From: Histomonas meleagridis 2922-C6/04-290x
Taxonomy: Eukaryota > Protista > Parabasalia
Length of the DNA stretch: 64,000 bases
NCBI GenBank assembly: GCA_020184695.1
Contig: JAANOX010000273.1
Span: forward strand, 1 to 64,000
Direction of reading: 5' to 3'
The position numbers and the translations under genes were made by a program. The first letter of the stretch is position 1; each line of letters begins with the position of its first letter. Positions 54,815-64,000 of this stretch are shown here, in pieces. A model generated the notes under the pieces. It was not told the origin of the DNA. It saw nothing but the letters and a program-made list of their open reading frames with translations, and ran no database searches.

Positions 54815-56275
54815 ATGATTCATGCGGTTGCTCTGATTTCGCATGCTGGTAAACTTATATTAGCCAGACAATTTACACATGAAAATAGGAGTCAAATAGA
54901 AGGTGAATTGGCGGCTTTTCCGAAGCTGGCACAAGCTTCAAAACATTCATACATTGATACAGAAGATATTCGTTTTGTTTTTCAAGATATGGGCGAAACA
55001 TACCTCGTTGTTATTGCATCCAAGGATTCTAATATAGTTGAAACACTAGAAGCACTTTCTCTCCTTGTTGATGTAACAAGAACTATTGCAACAGATTTCA
55101 CAGAAGAAAAAATAATTTCACATGGATTAGATTTAATTTTTGCATATGATGAATGTGTTATAGATGGATTCAAACAAAGCTTTACACCATCTGATATCAT
55201 TCGATTCCTCAAAATGGATTCTGCTGAAGAACGCGAATTTATCCGTCAACGTGAAGAAAAAGAAGCACGAGCTGCGGAAGAACTTAAACGAAAAATGCTT
55301 GAACTTGAAGAACAAAAATCAGGCAAACAATTTACTTCATCTTCAACAACATCAACATATTCACAGCCAACTGTTCTCGTTGATGCTCCTCCTCCATCAA
55401 CACCGAAACCAGAAGCACCTCGTCATCATCATGGAATGGTATTATCTCGTCGGGATACGAAATCCCGAGCTCAACAAGTTCTTGCAGAAGAAGGGATCAA
55501 AGCTCCAGATCTTACACCACAAGAAAAAACTGCTGAATCTTCATCACCTGGATTTCGTATTCTTATTCAAGAACGTATTACTGCTTTTATCACTCGCCTA
55601 GGATCTGTTCATGAGTTTGCTGTTGAAGGTCGATTGATTACTTCTTGTTCAAGTTCAGCTTCTGCACTTATACATATTGGTGGAGATCTTCGAACAGATA
55701 AATATCGATACAAGCCAATGCAGCAACCACGAGGAACCTTATGGAGTGAAGATCGGAAACTTATTTATGATAACAACACTGGCAAGTATAAGCCAGGATC
55801 TGACGTGTCACTTTTGTGCTGGAGGATGATTTCAACGGACATAAACGATATACCTATCGGCGTATCGTGCTGGGTGCCCCAAACCACCCAAACCAGCACC
55901 ACTTTTTCAATTGAGGTTGAATTGAAAGACACAACTTTCAAAACAGATAATATTGAGGTAATAATTCCACTGGCTAATCCACGCGGAGTTAATGTGAGTA
56001 TGTGTGATGGGTCAACTGAGGTGTTTGAAAGAGATCAGTATTTGAAATGGACACTTGATCAGTTGGATAAGGATAATACAACAGCAGAAATAGAAATGAA
56101 TGTGCCTCCATGCGAAGAGGATTCGTTCTTCCCTGTTTCTGTTTCGTTTGTTGCATCTTCAACAATGTCAAAAATCGTTGTTGAATCAGTTGAACCTTCG
56201 GATGCTGATGCAGAAGAGTTACCTGAGGTAACAATTGTTAGTAATTGCTTTACAAATAAGTTCGAAATTCAATGA
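54815..56275 (+). CDS. COPD: Coatomer delta subunit (longin + MHD)
   Basis: LILARQF...IEGELAAFPKL...HSYIDTEDIRFVFQ...SNIVETLEAL...LKMDSAEE; mu-homology C-terminus. Confidence 0.9.
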   Translation: MIHAVALISHAGKLILARQFTHENRSQIEGELAAFPKLAQASKHSYIDTEDIRFVFQDMGETYLVVIASKDSNIVETLEALSLLVDVTRTIATDFTEEKIISHGLDLIFAYDECVIDGFKQSFTPSDIIRFLKMDSAEEREFIRQREEKEARAAEELKRKMLELEEQKSGKQFTSSSTTSTYSQPTVLVDAPPPSTPKPEAPRHHHGMVLSRRDTKSRAQQVLAEEGIKAPDLTPQEKTAESSSPGFRILIQERITAFITRLGSVHEFAVEGRLITSCSSSASALIHIGGDLRTDKYRYKPMQQPRGTLWSEDRKLIYDNNTGKYKPGSDVSLLCWRMISTDINDIPIGVSCWVPQTTQTSTTFSIEVELKDTTFKTDNIEVIIPLANPRGVNVSMCDGSTEVFERDQYLKWTLDQLDKDNTTAEIEMNVPPCEEDSFFPVSVSFVASSTMSKIVVESVEPSDADAEELPEVTIVSNCFTNKFEIQ

Positions 56276-56765
56276 AAATAAAGTTTTACTTTTTTTTAAT
56301 TTTAAAAATTTTAAAAATTAATATAAATATATAACTTTTTGGTAAATTATAAACATATACTTGATTGTACTTCTTGGGTTATATGTTATAGTTTAATATA
56401 TTAAATGGAAAATATTAATTTTAAAATTTCGAAAATCGAAATTTGTGGACACATATTGGAACAAATAAACACAAATAAGATCAATGATGAGAGTAATTTA
56501 ATTAATCATGAACGATTTAATTTGTATGTTATTTCGGAAAGAAATGTTATCTCCAAAATTAAATCCAAAATTTATGTGGCACACAAACATAAACCATTCA
56601 AATATGATATTTTTCTTATTAATTGTGCACTTAAAACTCAGAACGACCAAATAAGTCCCGCTGTTCAAAAACAAAATTTTGCATTGAATTATTATAGTAA
56701 ACAATTGAATTTTTTCAATTGCGAAGAGATCACATTTTATCATTTCATTATCTTGATATAGAGGA

Positions 56766-56954
56766 ATGGGTAAAGTACATGGTTCACTCGCTCAAGCAGG
56801 AAAGGTTCGCTCTAACACTCCAAAGGTTCCAAAGATGGAAAAGGAAAAGCCAGTACGTGGTCGAGCAGCAATGAGGAAGCATTATAACAAATATTATCTT
56901 TCAATGAATCCTGATGCTAAGCACAAAGTTGGTCCAAACTCACAAAATAAATAA
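56766..56954 (+). CDS. RPS30: 40S ribosomal protein eS30 (stand-alone)
   Basis: MGKVHGSLAQAGKVRSNTPKV...GRAAMRKHYN...GPNSQ. Confidence 0.96.
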   Translation: MGKVHGSLAQAGKVRSNTPKVPKMEKEKPVRGRAAMRKHYNKYYLSMNPDAKHKVGPNSQNK

Positions 56955-57099
56955 ACAACAAATGAATAATGAATGAAATTTAATAAAATAAGTTATGACA
57001 TGTATTCACTTCGATTATTCACTCTTTAGGTAACTATAAAAAATATTAACATGTAAAAAGCTTTTGATGGCTCGATAAAATCAAATAATTTATGAGTAG

Positions 57100-57654
57100 A
57101 AAATCCTTTGTGGCTTCGTGAGTAGTGAACTTTTGTTTCTTCCCCAAACATTGTTGATTGTGTTTCTACATGTTATAGCTATGGTGGCTGTCTAATGACA
57201 CTTGCTTATGGTTATGTTATTAAAAACCAAGATAGAAAATTCACTTGTAGATGATAATCCATATAAAGTTATTCAATGTTCTTGTAGGTTTGATGCATCT
57301 ACGGCAGTTATTCAATGTTCTTGTAGGTTTGATGCATCTACGGCAGTTGCTCATGTTTCTTATTAAGTTGCTGTTATACCATATGAAGAAGATCTTCCAT
57401 GGACCAGCATGCTGTATTGGATTAATGTTACTTAATTCAGTTTTCAATTATACACAAGTGGAATTTATGATGAAGCTCATCTTTCATCTTCTGATCTTGG
57501 TCATGCAGTCAAGTGTATTGGATTTGACGTAGATAGTACTACAAATTATTGGATCGTTCGTAACTCATGTGGAACTTCATGGGGCGAAGATGTCCCTATG
57601 AACAAGAACAAATAATTCTGCGTTGCATCAGGTGCCGTTATACCAATTGCATAA
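57100..57654 (+). pseudogene. Papain-family (cathepsin L-like) cysteine protease pseudogene
   Basis: NIVDCVSTCYSYGG, FQLYTSGIYDE, LGHAV, NYWIVRNSCGTSWGED motifs interrupted by stops and frameshifts; catalytic Cys region not recognisable; start approximate. Confidence 0.85.
57267..57348. repeat. 39-bp perfect tandem duplication inside the pseudogene
   Basis: AGTTATTCAATGTTCTTGTAGGTTTGATGCATCTACGGC twice, followed by AGTT. Confidence 0.9.
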
Positions 57655-57730
57655 ATAAACGAAATTCTTTTATTACATTTCATGAATATAACGCAATAAT
57701 TTTTTATTTATTTCAAAATTCCATAAAATT

Positions 57731-60700
57731 CTACTTGTCGTTGATGAATCCCATCATCTCAGCGAACAGTTCGCCTTCAGCGTATTCTCTTGAAGTCGTT
57801 TCTCTTGCGATCACATCTGCCATTATTGCTGTCCATTTGGTTAAGAAGGGCATTGCCTTTGCCGGTAGAATCAGTGGGTAATCGTCCATCAAAAGTTTGT
57901 TTCTTGTGTTATCTTTTGCCTTTACGTAGACATCATATAATTTCATGTAATCGATATATTGATTCAAAATCGGATGAATGATAACATGCGCGAAATTAAA
58001 ATGAGACTTAATCGTAGAAGTGTCGTATTCATTAGGGTTATCTGTCCAAACGATATGAATGTTATCATTTCCAATATGTCGTTTTTTCATAATTTGTTGT
58101 TCATCGTTTTCTTTAGTAGGCATCAAAGGCGCAACATGGAACATAACTTTATAAAACATATCTTCATAATAAATTGAATGTGTTCCATTTGTGAATCTTT
58201 TTGTGTCCAAAAGTCCATCATAACCTTTAAAGTTTCTTAGGTTCACACACTGACCTATAGCTAAAAGGTAACTTTGGAATAACGGCGTTGTATCATGTAA
58301 AGAATTTGCTAAAATTTCTTTTTGTGTGAATTGGTGCACCCCGACGTAAACTATGCCAATTTTTGTTTCACGTTTACCAGAAAACGTTAAAAGCTTATTA
58401 AGACCGTTAATATTATTTTCATTCAAATTTAAATAAGAAATTTTATTACCATACAAAAATGTATTAAACGTTAAAATTAACCCTGAAATTTTTGTATCGT
58501 TTGAATTATTGCTTTCAATATTTTGATGATTTTCGTTATTTTTCAAAGCATTATCAAAAGTGAATGAAGATAAATTTGTTGGAACATTTAATTGTAATTT
58601 TGTATCATGTTCATAACTTTGGAATTTTTCGGAATGTTTTTCTTTTTGGACTATTATTGGAACTATTTTATTTTCTTCCAAATTTGCAAAATTAATTTTG
58701 TTAATTGATTTCTTTGTTTGAACATTTTGTTGATTTTCTTTAATTGTTATATTATAAGAAGCAGCGTTAAATGCTTGTTTTGTTATTATATCAAATTGTT
58801 CTTCTTTAATTTTTTTATATACTGAGAAACTAATTGGCTTTTTAATAGTTATTATATCATTTGGAAGAATTTCCTTTAAAATTGTTTTATACTTTCCAAG
58901 TTTCGACAAGAAATTATTTATAATTATTCCTAAGTTATATAATTTTTGTTGATTATTTTTAATGTTTAATTCAAGTTCATCCAATAGTTTTATAAATTCA
59001 TTATTTAATTGCGGATAAATTAATAATATATTGAATGAGATAGTCAAAAATTGAATGTATTCATCGACTTTTTTGAATTCGGGATTTGTTATCACATCAA
59101 AAATTGATTTCAAAATTTCTAATGGCAAATTCGGAAAATACTTTTCGATTTTCTTCTTCTCCAACAACAAAATCATCAAATTTTTGATTTCCCATGTTTC
59201 CAACAAGTTAAATCTTTCCAACAAATACTTATGTTGAATTTTCTTCTTTATATCTTTATCAGAATTGAACAAAACGACAATATGAAATACACATTGTATA
59301 TTGAAGAATGACTTATTTTTAACATTTGCAATAATTTTATAGAAGATTGAAATGATCTTAAATCGATAATCATATAAATTGAAAGTTTTATCATTGAAAT
59401 ATATCATAATGTCTTTAATGATTTCATTTTCTTTATTACTTTGTACGAAATTATATACGAAATCGGGTATATTAACTGATTTATAATCGCAAGAAATTGA
59501 ATAATAAGAAATTAATTGTTTTAAAATATTTTGAATTTTTTCGACATCGAATTCATTAAAATTATATTCGAACAAACTACAAATGAAAGGGATTAAAATT
59601 GCGATTTCCACATCATAAACATTTAAAGCGAAATGTAACACAATATCTTTCTTATTATTAATTACCAACCAAATTAATATTACATTCCAAATAAATTTTT
59701 GTTCGAAATTTAATGAGTTAAAATCGAAACAAACGATTAAATTCCAAATGGAAATTATTTGATTACATTTTTGTGTATCATCCAAAGTTTGATAAAACAT
59801 ATTTGGAACTATTTTATTTTGGAAGTTTGGTTCACCTTTATCATTTATAGCAGGCAAAAATATCTCTGCCAAGAAACATTTATTTAATTGGATATTACTT
59901 GGGAACAAATTCCCGATTTCGATTATATTTTTAATGAATATTTCATATAAATTCATTTCGTTCGGAAACAAACTAAAAACTAATGTCAAGAAATTAATAG
60001 CTTTTTCTTGTGTATAATTATCAGCTCTTAAATCGAAGAAGAAATATTCTTCCGAAGTTTTCAAATAATATTTTTCTAATTTATCTTTAATGGTTAATAT
60101 CGGCGATTGTATTAAATCTTTAATTATTTTGACGTTCTTATGATCATTAATATTAACATCATAAAACAACAAAGAAAATACACTCGATAATATGATAATA
60201 AACACTCGAATGACATCAATTTGTGAAGCAACAATTTCACAACATCGTTTCCATAATGCCCAAATACTTAAATCAGTGATATTATTATCGAAAATTAATG
60301 TCAAAAATAAAAAACAAAAAATTAATGGATTCGGAGGATTAAAACGTGTACAAAAATATGTGAAGAAATCATAAAAATCAATTTTATGATACTTCGATAA
60401 CGTGTTAAAGAAAAAACGAAATCGAAATAATGTCGATCGTAATATCTCTTCGTCATTTTGTAATGCAAATGATGACGACAATAACAATTTGCTCATTAGT
60501 TCATATAAACCTTTGGAATCATAATAACTCGTTAACTTTATGATGTTCTTTTCTGAGTCTTCGTCGCCAGGCGTGTATTTGTAATAGAGAAATGAGTATG
60601 AGGATAACTTCTTTTCGTCGTTTTCGATGAATTTTGTGATATCGATCTTGAAATATAAATCAAAAAATTTGTCGATCTTGAGAGAATTTTCGGAGCAAAT

Positions 60701-61402
60701 GAGGCCGTCTAATAACTTGTTGATGAACGGAGACGTAATTTCATTAAATGGAAAATAATAAATTTCAGAATCATCAGACTTGGGACTATTATCTAATGGT
60801 GTCATTAAGTACTTGCATAAATTGTCTGATATTTTGATATAAACATTAAATGAGCCAAGTTTGGTTAATAAATTTTGACATAAATAATTGAACCAAAATT
60901 CTTTGTATTGGAAAGTATTCATTTCGGCGTTAAGACATTGAATGAATTGGTTAAGAAAAATTGACTTGTCTTCATCTTTTTGTAAATGTTGTTGAATGTA
61001 TTCAGTAAATATATCTGAAAATAAATTTTGTGTGTCACTATTTGAAACAATGCTTGAAATGAAATAAATTATACGATGCAAAATTGTTTCATAGAAATCG
61101 GTTTTACCATTATGATAAGCACATAATAAATTTTTGGAAAATTTATGAAAATAATTATCTATTGTTTGAATGGGAAGAACTTCATCTTTAAACGCAACAT
61201 TGTATTGGTCAAATATTTTCATTATGGTGTTACGTTCAATTTGGGTGATTTTGATTTTATTTGTTGAAATATTTTCAATCCACTTATTCGAGCTTTTAAA
61301 CAATTCTTCATATTGACTATGTACTTCGGGTATAGGAGAATTTTTTTCAATCTTTGTTAAATAACTTTGAACAACAACTAAATCATCCATTCCAAGTTGC
61401 AC
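57731..61402 (-). CDS. Rap/Ran-GAP domain protein (RalGAP/tuberin-like)
   Basis: C-terminal RETKIGIVYV...FHVAPLMP...KKRHIGNDNIHIVW; long helical N-terminus. Confidence 0.88.
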   Translation of the reverse strand: MQLGMDDLVVVQSYLTKIEKNSPIPEVHSQYEELFKSSNKWIENISTNKIKITQIERNTIMKIFDQYNVAFKDEVLPIQTIDNYFHKFSKNLLCAYHNGKTDFYETILHRIIYFISSIVSNSDTQNLFSDIFTEYIQQHLQKDEDKSIFLNQFIQCLNAEMNTFQYKEFWFNYLCQNLLTKLGSFNVYIKISDNLCKYLMTPLDNSPKSDDSEIYYFPFNEITSPFINKLLDGLICSENSLKIDKFFDLYFKIDITKFIENDEKKLSSYSFLYYKYTPGDEDSEKNIIKLTSYYDSKGLYELMSKLLLSSSFALQNDEEILRSTLFRFRFFFNTLSKYHKIDFYDFFTYFCTRFNPPNPLIFCFLFLTLIFDNNITDLSIWALWKRCCEIVASQIDVIRVFIIILSSVFSLLFYDVNINDHKNVKIIKDLIQSPILTIKDKLEKYYLKTSEEYFFFDLRADNYTQEKAINFLTLVFSLFPNEMNLYEIFIKNIIEIGNLFPSNIQLNKCFLAEIFLPAINDKGEPNFQNKIVPNMFYQTLDDTQKCNQIISIWNLIVCFDFNSLNFEQKFIWNVILIWLVINNKKDIVLHFALNVYDVEIAILIPFICSLFEYNFNEFDVEKIQNILKQLISYYSISCDYKSVNIPDFVYNFVQSNKENEIIKDIMIYFNDKTFNLYDYRFKIISIFYKIIANVKNKSFFNIQCVFHIVVLFNSDKDIKKKIQHKYLLERFNLLETWEIKNLMILLLEKKKIEKYFPNLPLEILKSIFDVITNPEFKKVDEYIQFLTISFNILLIYPQLNNEFIKLLDELELNIKNNQQKLYNLGIIINNFLSKLGKYKTILKEILPNDIITIKKPISFSVYKKIKEEQFDIITKQAFNAASYNITIKENQQNVQTKKSINKINFANLEENKIVPIIVQKEKHSEKFQSYEHDTKLQLNVPTNLSSFTFDNALKNNENHQNIESNNSNDTKISGLILTFNTFLYGNKISYLNLNENNINGLNKLLTFSGKRETKIGIVYVGVHQFTQKEILANSLHDTTPLFQSYLLAIGQCVNLRNFKGYDGLLDTKRFTNGTHSIYYEDMFYKVMFHVAPLMPTKENDEQQIMKKRHIGNDNIHIVWTDNPNEYDTSTIKSHFNFAHVIIHPILNQYIDYMKLYDVYVKAKDNTRNKLLMDDYPLILPAKAMPFLTKWTAIMADVIARETTSREYAEGELFAEMMGFINDK

Positions 61403-61755
61403 AACTTGTCACTTTTGCATATGTCAAATGCAGCTGACAGGAAGACGTTAAAAAATCTTTTTTTGGCAATTATTGCGTCAAATTTTAACTTCGTTTATGA
61501 AACAGTATTTTCATATTAATTTTTAATCAAACAAAATAAAATAAATAACTACATTATGATGGCGGTACAAATGTTCAAAGAATAATTATAGTTTATGATT
61601 ATATATTGGGATAATCATATTTTAAATATAACAATTTTTTGCCTTTTTAAAAACACCATTCAAATTTTTCATTGGATTATTCATCGTTTTGGAAACTGGC
61701 GGTTAACAGATTTACCTTCTATAGTTTACATTAGGTTCAAAAACATCTCATTAAG

Positions 61756-63350
61756 ATGTATAAGAAACAGATTTTTGGTTACCTTTTAGGCAGAACGCTT
61801 GGAACGGGAACCACTGGGAAAGTAAAGCTAGCAGAGAGGAAAGATGATGGAACAAAAGTCGCAATAAAAATAATTAAAAAATCTGCTTTTACTGAAAGAC
61901 CAGGTTTAGAAAAAAAGATCAGAAGAGAGATTGCTCTAATGAGGCTTTTTCAACATCCAAGTTTGCTTGAATTAATTCAAATCGGTGAAAGTGCAAAGCA
62001 TATTTTTATTGTGATGGAATATGCAGTTTGCGGTGAACTATTTGACTACCTTGTCTCAAGACAAAACGTAGATCAGCATACGGTGATGAAGATCTTTCGA
62101 CAATTAATATATGGTCTTGAATATATTCATAAGCATGGCATTTGTCATCGTGACATAAAACCAGAAAATATTCTTTTAGATGAACATCATAACATTAAAA
62201 TTGCAGATTTTGGTCTAGCAAGATGGATGTCATGTAACGTAGCAAAAACTTCATGTGGTTCACCACATTATTCAGCTCCAGAAGTCATTAAAAACAAGAT
62301 ATATGATGGAAGGATGGCTGACGTATGGAGTTGTGGTGTTGTTCTTTATGCTTTATTAACAGTATGTTTCTAACGTTCTCCTGCCGATAGGAAAGTGCCA
62401 GAGAACGTTATTATTCAAAAACTAACACATAGGGAAGATTACCATTTGATGATAGTAATATAAGGACTTTACTTTGTAAAGTAGTTAGTGGTAAGTTTAC
62501 AATCCCACGTGGCGTACCACCAATGTTTCAAGATCTGATTCATCGAATGTTAACAGTTGATCCTACAAAAAGAATTACTATTTCCGAGATAAAACAACAT
62601 CCAGTCTTTAGGCTTGGCCTTGACGACAATTATATTCTTCCAACTCCAAATTCAGTTAATATTGATCATCCAATAGATCGTCTTAACATTGATCCTGAGA
62701 TTATTAATGTTCTTTTATGCATTGGATATGAAAGTAAAGAACAAATCATTGAAGAATTAACATCTCCGAAACATTCAATGGCTAAAGTCTTCTTTGCGAT
62801 GCTTAACAAATCGATTTCCTTAGATGATCTACCATGGAACAATAACAATGGTACACCACCAGTTCTTTCCAACGATGATTTTGAATTAATACCGATGGAT
62901 AATTTATCATTATTTTCAAATGGATCTGTCGAACTTTGGTCAAGTACAATGTCCTTTGGTCTTGCGTCGTGGGATCCATTAGGTCGCTCCAACGAAAGCT
63001 CTCGTTCCGAGAGTACTATCCTCGAAACATGTTTCGAAACTGTTGAATCACTTTTTACGGTTATTCAGCAGTTTTTGACGAAGAAGTCGTATGAAATGTT
63101 ATATCCGAACCAAATTGTCCTGATTGCGCGTAAGCAAACACAACAATTTGAGCTATACGTTAAGTTTGCTGCTGTTTTTGAGCGGAAAAATATCGAAGAA
63201 AGTAAAATATTGATATCGATCACAAAATTAGCAGGACTAAATGACAAAGAAGAACTTAAGTCATTGATTGAAGATTTCACAAAATGCATTACGCAATATA
63301 ACGATAATTACATGAGCAATAATTACATGTTCTGTCGAAGATTTTCATGA
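61756..63350 (+). CDS. CAMK-group (BRSK/Gin4-like) kinase, two exons 61756..62361 + 62433..63350 (507 aa)
   Basis: GTGTTGKVK, HRDIKPEN, DFG, SCGSPHYSAPE; splicing joins YALLT|GRLPFDDSNIRTLL in frame with ORF 62523. Confidence 0.93.
62362..62432 (+). other. Spliceosomal intron, 71 nt, phase 0
   Basis: GTATGT donor; ACTAACACATAG fused branch/acceptor (trichomonad consensus ACTAACACACAG); removal restores the kinase frame. Confidence 0.93.
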
Positions 63351-64000
63351 AAATTATGTCAAGATATGGTAAATATATCTGATTGTTGTGAATAAATGTG
63401 CTTTATGATATCTTTTGCATTTATCTGATAACTTCGAATTGAGTAAATAATTATAATATTTTGGAAAATTGCATTGTTTTGGGATCCGTTCCTTTGGAAT
63501 AAAAGAATTATTATGAATTGGCAAACAATGAGTATTATATTATTTTTTTTTGATTTATATTCAGTTAATTTTGAGTTCTATTTATTTTAGAATCAAAAAA
63601 TCATGAAAATTAATTTTTAAATATTATAATAAACAACATAATAATTCCAATTGATGCTACTATATTATTTTTGTAAATTATTATTTGATTTGGAGATAAA
63701 AATGTTTATAATTAATAAAATACGATCAAAAAGCATAAAAAAGACCTAAAAAGTTGGAACATGAAAAACCTGTTTCAAATATATTTTTCTTATTATTATT
63801 TATATTTAAATATACTCCTCTTGTAAATTAATAACATTAGTATATATATTTTAAATTTAATAAATAATATGAGATATCTCATAATATAATTAAATAATTA
63901 TGTTGTTATCATGTAATTTACAATTGAAATTTTTTTCAAAATTACTCCAATATCTCTCTATTACTTTATTTTAGATATTTTTTACAATATTTTGATGTTA

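Noticed and set aside
56405-56761. 118-aa plus-strand ORF upstream of RPS30 (and the 81-aa antisense ORF)
   Set aside because: Very AT-rich with no motif; likely a chance ORF in intergenic or promoter DNA.
56766-56954. eS30 without a ubiquitin-like fusion
   Set aside because: This is the normal state outside animals.

Overview
AT-rich eukaryotic DNA from a parabasalid (trichomonad; Tritrichomonas/Histomonas-like by inference). Support: a 71-nt GTATGT...ACTAACACATAG intron, M3/M5/Inr-like core promoter motifs, BspA and DUF3447-ankyrin families, and a bacterial-type NADP alcohol dehydrogenase. Housekeeping genes (eS1, eS30, CDK, two CAMKs, Nup54-like, ACS, NOT4, Sld5, delta-COP, RapGAP, PRMT-like and others) alternate with accessory islands of S/T-stalk surface proteins and ankyrin genes. 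The window also holds the end of a decayed Maverick/Polinton-like element, an hAT transposase relic and a papain-family pseudogene. Main discovery candidate: in four ankyrin arrays every repeat junction (32 of 32, counted by hand) is interrupted at the same place, between the NAKD and TAL codons, by an AT-rich 60-83 nt spacer. The spacers lack GT-AG ends and often shift frame or carry stops, while the repeat cores (mostly 30 codons) are stop-free. Spacer lengths fall into two tight classes (16x80, 7x63, 4x60, 2x83, 2x81, 1x77), and a TGG is conserved 24 nt upstream of the TAL codon. This suggests an unrecognised processing step (non-canonical splicing, recoding or DNA excision); the mechanism is inference only. 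No rRNA, tRNA or CRISPR array was recognised. All calls come from motif reading without database searches.
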